Source of the DNA: an uncultured Solirubrobacterales bacterium
GTDB lineage: Bacteria > Actinomycetota > Thermoleophilia > Solirubrobacterales > 70-9
Direction of reading: 5' to 3'
Assembly: GCA_963849165.1 (NCBI GenBank)
Contig: CAWKGJ010000003.1
Location: forward strand, 252,018-316,017
DNA: 64,000 nt
The notes under the pieces are model-generated. The model searched no databases. It worked only from the letters and a program-made list of their open reading frames with translations, and was not told the DNA's origin. Positions within the stretch are counted from its first letter, which is position 1; each line of letters begins with the position of its first letter. Of this stretch, positions 56,045 to 63,665 are shown one piece after another. A program made the translations under genes and the position numbers.

Positions 56045-56437
56045 GTGCCCGACCCGGTCCCTCTGCGCGAGTATGTGGAGGCGCTTTTCGCTGAGCGCGA
56101 GAAGGCCGTCGAAGCTGCGCTTGCCTCCCAGGAGAAGGCCGTCACGGCTGCTCTCGACGCGTCGGACAAAGCCATCAGCAAGGCCGAGACCAACGCGGAG
56201 AAATGGCGGGAGAACGCGAATGAGTGGCGCGGGGCAATGTCAGACCGCGACCGCGAGCTCCCATCCCGTCGTGAGGTCGAGCAAACCACGGCAAGTCTCG
56301 GCGATCGGATCACCAAGATTGAGAACTCCGTCTCCAACACGGGCGGTCGGCAGGAAGGCCTTAACGCTTTCTGGGGCTATCTCGTCGGCGCGGTCGGCGT
56401 CCTCGCCGCTGTCGCCGCCATCCTCACAAACACCTGA
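56045..56437 (+). CDS. coiled-coil protein with C-terminal TM anchor
   Basis: REYVEALFAEREKAVEAAL...C-terminal GYLVGAVGVLAAVAAIL. Confidence 0.5.
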   Translation: MPDPVPLREYVEALFAEREKAVEAALASQEKAVTAALDASDKAISKAETNAEKWRENANEWRGAMSDRDRELPSRREVEQTTASLGDRITKIENSVSNTGGRQEGLNAFWGYLVGAVGVLAAVAAILTNT

Positions 56438-56748
56438 TGAACACCGCTCGCAAAGGCAACGAAGCCGAGCGCTTCGTTGCCAAGGACCTCGAGCGCCGCG
56501 GCTTCCTCGTCGGCTCGAGGAGGCATGTTGGCGGCGCCGGCGACCATATCGCGGTCCATCCCAGCGGCGAAGTCTGGCTGGTCGAGGTCAAGGCAACCAA
56601 AGGCCGCTTCTCTGGCTTCAAGAGAGGCGACCGCCTAGCGATGAAAGAAACGCAGCTCCCTCTCGCCAGTGTCCGCTACCTGGCCCACGTCACGGGCTCA
56701 GATGAGCGAATGTCCGTCGAATACGTTCACGAACGAGACTGGCCCTAG
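56437..56748 (+). CDS. PD-(D/E)xK nuclease, Hjc/Holliday-junction-resolvase-like
   Basis: GNEAERFVAKDLERRGFLV...GDHIAVHPSGEVWLVEVKAT (E...D...EVK motif). Confidence 0.6.
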   Translation: MNTARKGNEAERFVAKDLERRGFLVGSRRHVGGAGDHIAVHPSGEVWLVEVKATKGRFSGFKRGDRLAMKETQLPLASVRYLAHVTGSDERMSVEYVHERDWP

Positions 56749-56868
56749 CTCCAAGCCAATTCCAAGTTGCTCCAAGATTGGGAGTTAGCCCTGATACTTA
56801 ATAAGTAGCAATAGAATCATCGACCCCGTCGTCTCTTCGCTGAGGCGGCGGGGTTTCGTCGTTCTAGG

Positions 56869-57207
56869 CTAGATCGAAAAGCAATACGGTTCCCCGGCAT
56901 TTTTCAACTGGACTCGCCCCGAGTAACTGACTCCCCAGTGAAGGACGGTGTTGCACTCAATTTCTTCTCCCGGTTCGACGCCGGGATAAAAGCGCCCGAC
57001 GGTGCAATCGAAGCGGCTGCTGCTCTGCCGGTAACACTGGCCTACGGCGTAGGCGACGCATTCCGCGATTTCGCGGCAGCCTTCCTTGGCGTATTCTTTG
57101 CTCGCGTGCTTCGCCTGCCCGTAGCGCATGTGCCATTGGAACGCCTCAGCACTACCCGCCAGGGCGAAGAACGCCGCCATCGCTATCACTGCCAGCCTGA
57201 CCTGCAT
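56869..57207 (-). CDS. secreted Cys-rich protein (moron)
   Basis: Signal peptide MQVRLAVIAMAAFFALAGSAEA; Cys-rich mature part; SD GAGGGGAGG; opposite strand to late genes. Confidence 0.55.
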   Translation of the reverse strand: MQVRLAVIAMAAFFALAGSAEAFQWHMRYGQAKHASKEYAKEGCREIAECVAYAVGQCYRQSSSRFDCTVGRFYPGVEPGEEIECNTVLHWGVSYSGRVQLKNAGEPYCFSI

Positions 57208-57384
57208 TACGGCCTCCCCTCAGTGGACGACCGCGAGGATACCTAAAGCGGGCCGACCGGTCATCCCGTTCGGCCCGCCCGCTCACTCGCGAATCCGCTA
57301 GGGCTGATTGTCCTCTCTCGCGACGAGGCGTGGATTAAGCCGCAGACCCCCCAGCGTACCGAGATCAAGGCCGCCTAAAAGTAA

Positions 57385-57410
57385 GCGGGCCGGCTCTTGA
57401 GCCGGCCCGC
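57385..57410 (-). terminator. intrinsic terminator (minus-strand sense)
   Basis: GCGGGCCGGC / GCCGGCCCGC 10-bp stem; on the minus strand followed by TTACTTTTA. Confidence 0.6.
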
Positions 57411-57417
57411 TGGGCTG

Positions 57418-57477
57418 TTAAGCCCCCTTGTGAACCTGCTTGTTCGGCACGATCGCGCTTTGCGTCGAGATCTTCAT
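57418..57477 (-). CDS. candidate 19-aa peptide MKISTQSAIVPNKQVHKGA
   Basis: SD GGAAGGGGGT 8 nt upstream of ATG 57477; stop is 7 nt from the terminator. Confidence 0.25.
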   Translation of the reverse strand: MKISTQSAIVPNKQVHKGA

Positions 57478-57606
57478 CCCTGCTCACCCCCTTCCGGTCG
57501 GTCTCTACTTGGAGACCTGTCCACCGGTGAAGCAGGTTCCTAGTGAAGCGAGGGGATGCTAGGGGCTATCTTGAGGAGCGCAGGGTTTCGGAGGAGAGAC
57601 GAGCGA

Positions 57607-58218
57607 ATGCCTGAGTCAAAACATGCCGCTGGCATCAACGCAGCGCTTTTCAAAGCGCTGAGCCATCCCCTCCAAGGTCGGATCATGGTCTTGCTGACTG
57701 AGTCAGAAGCGTCCCCGAAACAGATGGCGGATCGTCTTGGCGAGCCCCTAGACAAGGTCGCCTACCACGTACGCAGCATGGCCAAGGCCGACCCTCCTCT
57801 TCTTGAGCTGGTTCGCATCGATCCCGCGAAGCGGGGCACCCAGAAGGTTTACAAAGCTATTGCCAGACCTATTCTCGAGGTCGATTCATGGGAGCGCTTA
57901 CCCCGCCTCCTCCGTGAAGTCAACTCAGTATGGGTGGCTCAGCTCGTGGTCGAAGATCTGCGTGAAGCGATCGAGGCTCAGACCTTCGACGCCCGAGTCG
58001 GGCGGACGCTACTTCGCGTTCCGCGAGTGCTTGACGAGCAAGCTTGGGAGGAACTTGAGCCGGCCGCCATGCGGTATCTGGAGGAGGTTGATGCAATCGC
58101 CGGCCAGGCCGCCGACCGACTGGCCGAGTCGGGGGAGAAAGGGTTCAATGTCTCGACGGTCACGTTCGCCATCGAGATGCCGCCCGCGCCGGAAGGCCAG
58201 GCCGGCGGTTCAGCTTGA
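57607..58218 (+). CDS. ArsR-type winged-helix regulator with C-terminal extension
   Basis: LFKALSHPLQGRIMVLLTESEASPKQMADRLGEPLDKVAYHVRSM; ORF open from 57556. Confidence 0.6.
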   Translation: MPESKHAAGINAALFKALSHPLQGRIMVLLTESEASPKQMADRLGEPLDKVAYHVRSMAKADPPLLELVRIDPAKRGTQKVYKAIARPILEVDSWERLPRLLREVNSVWVAQLVVEDLREAIEAQTFDARVGRTLLRVPRVLDEQAWEELEPAAMRYLEEVDAIAGQAADRLAESGEKGFNVSTVTFAIEMPPAPEGQAGGSA

Positions 58219-58373
58219 CCAGGTTTCACCGGTGGGGGCAATTCGCATTGACAGATGCCTCGTCCTTCAGAAAGACTCTTGACCGGTCTGGAGGACTCGA
58301 ACAACGGAGCTGAGGCGTCTAATGGCAGGACAATCGTTTAGGGCATTGAGATCAGGCGTGGGTACCGCTACGT

Positions 58374-58592
58374 TTGTCTCGGGCTGGGAGGCGCCGGGAG
58401 AGGGGCTATGTGTCGAACCCGTTGCCACGTTTGAGAACGATCCGCAAGCTGGAATCCAAGGCCGAGAAGCTGAAGAAAGAGCGCGACCGCTTGGTTCGCG
58501 AAGCCGGCGCCAACTACACCGAGGGCCAGATCGCGAAGGCGTCCGGGCTCTCGCAGACGAGGGTTCACGAAATCCTCAACGGCGACCAATGA
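58374..58592 (+). CDS. small HTH protein
   Basis: C-terminal YTEGQIAKASGLSQTRVHEIL; start uncertain. Confidence 0.45.
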   Translation: MSRAGRRRERGYVSNPLPRLRTIRKLESKAEKLKKERDRLVREAGANYTEGQIAKASGLSQTRVHEILNGDQ

Positions 58593-58714
58593 CTTATTCC
58601 TTGCCTTCTCATCAAAACTGGGTACCGTGCCACGGATGCCCGTAGAGGAGACTGCCCCAACTCGCGACGAAGTAGAGCTTCTAGCGGACGCCTTACTGAG
58701 CCTTCGACGCGCCG

Positions 58715-59128
58715 CTAAGTGCCAGTCCCTGCCCCGCCATGCTCGAGGCGCTCTATCCGCTTCAGCATCTCTTCTTGAGCTTTTCGTACCTCGACCAGCT
58801 CTGCGGATTGTTCCGTCAAGGCACCGACCGTCTCGCCCAGCGCCTTCCGTAATTGATCAGCCTCTCCTGGCTCCGGTTCGCTGAGGCCGAAAAGGTCGCG
58901 GCGACCAGTCGCCTCAGCGACAAGGATCGCGATTGCACGGCGCTTCGCGGGAGTGTCTCCAAGGCTTGCTTCCTCACCAGCCTCCCACCGGCCAACGGTC
59001 TTCTTGTCGCGCCCTAACCACTCGCCGAGCGCCTGCTGGCTCATTGGGCCGCGAGCTTCTTTGATGGCTCGGGCGAGAGCGTCTTTGTCGTCGTAAACCG
59101 GTGCCACGTGCTGCACCATACGTCCCAC
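58715..59128 (-). CDS. CI-like prophage repressor (HTH plus coiled-coil)
   Basis: MSQQALGEWLGRDKKTVGRWEAG HTH; divergent from cro-like gene; start GTG 59128 or ATG 59119. Confidence 0.65.
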   Translation of the reverse strand: MGRMVQHVAPVYDDKDALARAIKEARGPMSQQALGEWLGRDKKTVGRWEAGEEASLGDTPAKRRAIAILVAEATGRRDLFGLSEPEPGEADQLRKALGETVGALTEQSAELVEVRKAQEEMLKRIERLEHGGAGTGT

Positions 59129-59131
59129 TGC

Positions 59132-59187
59132 GTCTCATTGAGGAGACTCCTTGACACTGCTGGAGACTCTGTGGTACAAATAGAGAC
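59132..59187. promoter_or_regulatory. immunity switch: operator palindrome, phased half-sites and Pcro-like promoter
   Basis: GTCTC-ATTGAG-GAGAC (59132-59147); GAGAC again at 59163 and 59183 (20-bp phasing); TTGACA (59151-59156), 18 nt, TACAAA (59175-59180); ATG at 59188. Confidence 0.5.
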
Positions 59188-59445
59188 ATGGCGGGGACGA
59201 AAGCGACTCTGCGGTACCAGCCCAATCGCAAGCTTCAAGCTCTGCGGATCAACGCGGGCATGTCTCCCAATGACCTTGGCTACCAGGCTGGGGTCTCGGG
59301 AAAGACCATCCGCATGGTCGAGGCAGGGCATACGCCTAGCCCTCGGGTGCAGTTCGCCATCGCTGGCGTCTTCAACCTTCTTCCGCTCGATATCTGGCCG
59401 CTCCATGAGCGCCGGCATCTCGACCGTCGGCCGGTGCCCGCATGA
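59188..59445 (+). CDS. Cro-like XRE HTH protein
   Basis: LQALRINAGMSPNDLGYQAGVSGKTIRMVEAG. Confidence 0.6.
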   Translation: MAGTKATLRYQPNRKLQALRINAGMSPNDLGYQAGVSGKTIRMVEAGHTPSPRVQFAIAGVFNLLPLDIWPLHERRHLDRRPVPA

Positions 59446-59651
59446 GTGTCGACCTCAAAGCCGAGCGCCTGAATCGCGGACTCAGTCTGGATGCACTGGC
59501 AGCCGAGACGGGAGTTCCGAAAAGCACCTTGGCTCGCGCTGAGAACGGCGGCCCGCAGCCAACTGCCAGTAATGCCTTCGCCATCGCAGACTTCTACGGC
59601 TTCAAGGTCACCGATATCTGGCCCCTCCCCGAGAAGGCGAGTGCGGCGTGA
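59442..59651 (+). CDS. XRE-family HTH protein
   Basis: LKAERLNRGLSLDALAAETGVPKSTLARAENG. Confidence 0.65.
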   Translation: MSVDLKAERLNRGLSLDALAAETGVPKSTLARAENGGPQPTASNAFAIADFYGFKVTDIWPLPEKASAA

Positions 59652-59902
59652 AGCTCAACGAGACCCCAGCCGGCCCGATGCCAGCACGGTCGGTCCTCCG
59701 TTACTCCCGCCGGGCCAAACTCTGCAACGCCCACGGCAAGTTGGGCTATCGCACCCGCCGCAAGGCACTAAGAGCCGCTGAGCGATCGCGGGGAGACAAA
59801 GGCCCTCCTCTCGCCGTCTATCGCTGCAACTCCTGCAACCGCTTTCACATCACGTCTGACGTAGAGCGCGCCAAAGCAACGCGAGCGAGGGAAGTCGCCT
59901 GA
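59648..59902 (+). CDS. small zinc-ribbon protein (paralog of 29042-29230)
   Basis: VYRCNSCNRFHITS. Confidence 0.45.
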   Translation: MKLNETPAGPMPARSVLRYSRRAKLCNAHGKLGYRTRRKALRAAERSRGDKGPPLAVYRCNSCNRFHITSDVERAKATRAREVA

Positions 59903-60030
59903 TGCCGACTTGGGTCTACCTTCTCACCGCCCTCGTCTTGATCGCAGGGCTGATCTTCGTCGGCCTCGGGATCTGCGCAGCAGCAGGACACGCAGACGAA
60001 GACATGGGTGCCAAGGAGCGACAACGCTGA
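59902..60030 (+). CDS. 42-aa membrane peptide
   Basis: WVYLLTALVLIAGLIFVGLGICAAA; overlaps upstream stop (TGATG) and downstream start (ATGA-type). Confidence 0.3.
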   Translation: MPTWVYLLTALVLIAGLIFVGLGICAAAGHADEDMGAKERQR

Positions 60031-60206
60031 TGCTAGTCGCCGTTTTCCTCCTCGCCGCTATCGCTGCGGTCCTAATCATTGCCGAGGCCCGCAAAGAGCG
60101 CACCGAGCCGACCCGGGTTGAGGTCGAAGAGCAGATCGAGAACTGGTCCTGGCCAGAGCGCAACGTAGGCCCGGTTGGCCGCACCCATCTTGGGAGACGC
60201 TCGTGA
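60030..60206 (+). CDS. 58-aa membrane protein
   Basis: MLVAVFLLAAIAAVLIIA. Confidence 0.35.
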   Translation: MLVAVFLLAAIAAVLIIAEARKERTEPTRVEVEEQIENWSWPERNVGPVGRTHLGRRS

Positions 60207-60430
60207 GCTTTACCGCCAAGGACATGGCCTGGCTGGCCTCCCAGGAGAAGCAGACCCAGATGGTCCACAACTCCATCGAGCTGGCCCATCTTGAAGCCCG
60301 ATTGACCCGTCATCTCAAGGAGGCCGAACAGATCAAGGCCAAGATGATGGAGCTCCACGAGGACGAAGCGGCCAACTGCATGGAAACGGCCGCCTGCGCG
60401 ATCGAGGACTCCAAGGCTGCGCTGCGATGA
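60203..60430 (+). CDS. hypothetical phage protein
   Basis: 75-aa helical ORF. Confidence 0.45.
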   Translation: MSFTAKDMAWLASQEKQTQMVHNSIELAHLEARLTRHLKEAEQIKAKMMELHEDEAANCMETAACAIEDSKAALR

Positions 60431-61245
60431 CCGAGACGGTGACGGTCAAGTCCTTCGGCAATCCGAAGGCCTGGGATCACGGGATCACCTACTGGGACGT
60501 GGTCTTCGACCGCAACGGCACTGACTTCTCCTGCACCTGGGGCAAGAAAGACACGGAACCCTCCGTGGGCGAAACGGTCGAGGGCGAATTCTTTGAGAAG
60601 AACGGGGACTGGCGTTTCCGAAAGGCATCCAAACCTCAGAGCGGCACTCCCTCCAGCGAAGTCCGCACCGGCTCTGCCGGGTCTTCAAACTCCGGGAAGC
60701 GCGAATGGAAACCCGAGTCCCAGTACGACCCCGAGAAAACGGCTCGCATTGGCCGCGCCCACGCTCAGCACATGGGCATCCTCACCTGTGACGCGATGGG
60801 CCTCTTTGAGAGCGTCAGCGCCTCCCAGATCGAGAGCAAGCTGAAAGACTGGATCGACTTCTACGAGAAGGACGTAAACCAGGCCGGTGAGGCTGCGAGG
60901 CAGACGCCGGGTAATGCCACCCCCGGGGTACGGGAGAGCGCGGCTACCTCCCTGGCCAGCGCCCCCCCGGCGTCTGCCTCGCAGCCTGCCGACCCCACGC
61001 TGACTGAGATAGAGCAGGCGCTTGATTCGGCCGGGCTGATGGGTCCTGCGCGCTCCCAGGTCGCCTCTTACATGCTCTCCCAGCTTTCAACCGAGCAGCA
61101 AGTCAACACGATTCGCAAATTGACGGGCTCGAACCCGGAAGCCCAGTCGAGCGCGCTGGGTTCGCTGAAGACCCTGACCGAGAAATGGTCTGGCAAACCC
61201 TTGCCGATCGGTGACCTTGCCGATGGATCGGACCTACCGTTTTGA
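60427..61245 (+). CDS. hypothetical phage protein (two domains joined by a Ser/Gly linker)
   Basis: 272-aa ORF. Confidence 0.5.
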   Translation: MTETVTVKSFGNPKAWDHGITYWDVVFDRNGTDFSCTWGKKDTEPSVGETVEGEFFEKNGDWRFRKASKPQSGTPSSEVRTGSAGSSNSGKREWKPESQYDPEKTARIGRAHAQHMGILTCDAMGLFESVSASQIESKLKDWIDFYEKDVNQAGEAARQTPGNATPGVRESAATSLASAPPASASQPADPTLTEIEQALDSAGLMGPARSQVASYMLSQLSTEQQVNTIRKLTGSNPEAQSSALGSLKTLTEKWSGKPLPIGDLADGSDLPF

Positions 61246-61528
61246 CGCGCATTCGGATCTGGGGCAAGTCCTGATGTTCTATTCGCCCGACCGATACATC
61301 AACGGCGTCCAGGTCGATGCGACCTACGAGCAGGAGATCCGGGAGTTCATCTCGACTCCATCCACCGAGGAACGTGCCCTAGCTGCTTACGAGAAACGGA
61401 GCGAGTTCCTGCCTTCCGGCTCCCGTGCTGAAGACCGCCGCGAACGGGCATACACGCGCATGGAATCCGACGTGGACCTCCATGAGAAGCTCCTTCACCC
61501 TCCGAGCAAGCCGGAGCAGATCTGGTGA
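61211..61528 (+). CDS. hypothetical phage protein
   Basis: ORF; true start may be further downstream. Confidence 0.4.
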   Translation: MTLPMDRTYRFDAHSDLGQVLMFYSPDRYINGVQVDATYEQEIREFISTPSTEERALAAYEKRSEFLPSGSRAEDRRERAYTRMESDVDLHEKLLHPPSKPEQIW

Positions 61529-61595
61529 GCCGCGAATACTCGACCCACCGCCCGCCCCTTAAGTTGCTCCGTCGCCTCTTCGCCGCTGCTCTGAA

Positions 61596-62003
61596 GTGGA
61601 GGCGACGATGAGAGCCGGCGGCGAAATCCTTGAGGCTCTAGACGAGGCGAGCAAGGGCGTTCAAGCTGCCTCCACTGAACTCTCCAAGCTCTCCGAGGAC
61701 TTCCATTCAGCCAAGGTCGATGACGGCGGAGAGATCAGCAACGGACTCGGACTGGCCTACAAAGTTGCCGTAGACGAAGAGGTCGTGGCCATCTTCGAGC
61801 TCGCCCTCGCCGAGGATCGCCGACCGCCACCAACAGACGTACGCGCCGCAATGGCCGAGCGCGCGGTCCGGGTCAAGCGCCCCGATCTCTGGGCCGAATA
61901 CAACGCGACCAAGTCGCGCATCAACGCCCTGAAGCTCTGGGTTTCAAATCAAAAGTCGGTCATCAGCGCCAATCAGTCGATCAGACGAGGAGAGGCGTCA
62001 TGA
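61596..62003 (+). CDS. hypothetical phage protein
   Basis: 135-aa ORF. Confidence 0.45.
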   Translation: MEATMRAGGEILEALDEASKGVQAASTELSKLSEDFHSAKVDDGGEISNGLGLAYKVAVDEEVVAIFELALAEDRRPPPTDVRAAMAERAVRVKRPDLWAEYNATKSRINALKLWVSNQKSVISANQSIRRGEAS

Positions 62004-62281
62004 ACTGGGACGACGCCCCAGACCTCCTCAAGGTCGATGAGGCCGCCATGCTCTTGCGCTGCCACGTCGCCACTTGCTATCGGCGCCTTGAGGACGGACG
62101 CTGGGACGCCTTCGCCTGGAAACTTGGCAATGACTGGCGGATCGAAAAGGTGCCCCTCAAAGAACACCTGCGCGACCGGCCGGTCCACTCTCGCGAATCC
62201 TCGCCTGACCCCATGCCCAAGCCAAGCCGCGTTAGGTTCCGCGAAAGGTTGGCAAACGAGCGTAGGAGGGCAATGGCATGA
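62000..62281 (+). CDS. xis: excisionase-type HTH protein
   Basis: LLKVDEAAMLLRCHVATCYRRLEDGR, immediately upstream of and overlapping int. Confidence 0.6.
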   Translation: MNWDDAPDLLKVDEAAMLLRCHVATCYRRLEDGRWDAFAWKLGNDWRIEKVPLKEHLRDRPVHSRESSPDPMPKPSRVRFRERLANERRRAMA

Positions 62282-63549
62282 GCGTTCACACGAGGCGGGA
62301 AATCACTTGGAAGGCGCAACGGACCCGATACGAGGCGACCACGGACGAGGTCGTCGTCACGTCTTCGGAGAAACGCTACGAAGAGCTTCTAGCGAAATAT
62401 CCCGACATCAAGGTCAAGATTCTCGGCCACGAGACGCGCTGGCGGGAAGGCTCGCGCAACAGGTCCCGGAGCTTTGATCGCAAGGGAGACGCCCAGGCCT
62501 TTGATGCAAACGCCAAGCGCAAATCCCAACTAGGCGAACCTATACCGACCCGGAGCGGCGGAGGCACCCTGGAGGAAGACTTCCCTCACTGGCTTGCCAA
62601 TCGCCACTCTCTTGCCCCTCGCACCAAAAAGCTCTACGAGGAACTCTTCGAAGTCCACCTGGTCGAGCAGCTCGGGTATGTCCCCACCGCGCAGATTGAT
62701 GCTGAGCGAATCGAGGAGTGGCAGGCTGCGCGCATCGCATCGGGGGCCGGGGCAGAGCGGGTCATCAAGGCGGCCAAGCTCCTGAGCCAGTTCTACAACT
62801 ACGCCGTCAAACGCGGCAAGGCCCCCCGGAACCCAGTCGACGGCCTAGAGACGCCCGCCCGCGAACGGCAGGCCATCGTCCCGGCGTCGCCCGAGAGAGT
62901 CGAGGCCATTCGGACCTACCTGCTTACCGAGGAGCGGATGGGAGACGCCACGTTGGTCTCCCTCATGGCTTATGGCGGCCTGAGGATGGGCGAGGCTTTG
63001 GCCCTTCAGTGGCCCGACCTCTCACAGGGCTACCGCCTCTGGATCTCCCATTCGCTCGAGGACGACGGGTCGATGCGTCAGACGAAGACGGGCAAAGATA
63101 GACTGGTCGAGCTACCCGAGTCCGCGGCGGAAGACCTGTTGGCTTGGCGGCGGGAAACGGGTCCCCTTGGCCTCGTCTTCCCTCGCGCCAAGGATGGCAA
63201 CGGCTGGACGAAAGTCGATCGCAACAACTGGCGGCGACGCTACTTCGCGCCAGCGGCCAAAGCGGCAGGCTGGCCCTACCCGCCGAAGAACCTCCGGCAC
63301 TCTGCTGCCTCCTTGATGATCGCTGCGGGGATGCGACCGACCGAAGTGGCCGAGCGCCTAGGCCACACGCTCGCGGTCTCCGTGAACGTCTACCAGCGCC
63401 TTATGAGGGAGTTCGAGGGCCAGCCAGCGAGGCCGATGGATGAGGTCATTCGAGAGGCACGTTTCCGAACGTCCTCCGAACAAGCAAATGCCAAAAAGGG
63501 TTCAAGCCAGCCCAAAGTACTAACCCTGAGACGGGAGAATCCCGCATGA
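62278..63549 (+). CDS. int: tyrosine integrase
   Basis: YGGLRMGEALAL (Arg I), NLRHSAASLMIAAG...ERLGHT...VYQRL (R-H-R-Y pattern); ends 47 bp before attR. Confidence 0.9.
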   Translation: MSVHTRREITWKAQRTRYEATTDEVVVTSSEKRYEELLAKYPDIKVKILGHETRWREGSRNRSRSFDRKGDAQAFDANAKRKSQLGEPIPTRSGGGTLEEDFPHWLANRHSLAPRTKKLYEELFEVHLVEQLGYVPTAQIDAERIEEWQAARIASGAGAERVIKAAKLLSQFYNYAVKRGKAPRNPVDGLETPARERQAIVPASPERVEAIRTYLLTEERMGDATLVSLMAYGGLRMGEALALQWPDLSQGYRLWISHSLEDDGSMRQTKTGKDRLVELPESAAEDLLAWRRETGPLGLVFPRAKDGNGWTKVDRNNWRRRYFAPAAKAAGWPYPPKNLRHSAASLMIAAGMRPTEVAERLGHTLAVSVNVYQRLMREFEGQPARPMDEVIREARFRTSSEQANAKKGSSQPKVLTLRRENPA

Positions 63550-63595
63550 ACAGCGGCGATTTGGTCGAAGCTTTGAGCGTGCCTTCGCCACGCCT

Positions 63596-63646
63596 CGGCC
63601 TGTCACGCCGGAGGTCGCGGGTTCGAGTCCCGTCGCTCCCGCTCCC
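63596..63646 (+). repeat. attR core: 51-bp copy of the tRNA-Asp 3' part
   Basis: Identical to 17390-17440. Confidence 0.9.
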
Positions 63647-63665
63647 GCGCGGGTAGCCTTCGGCC

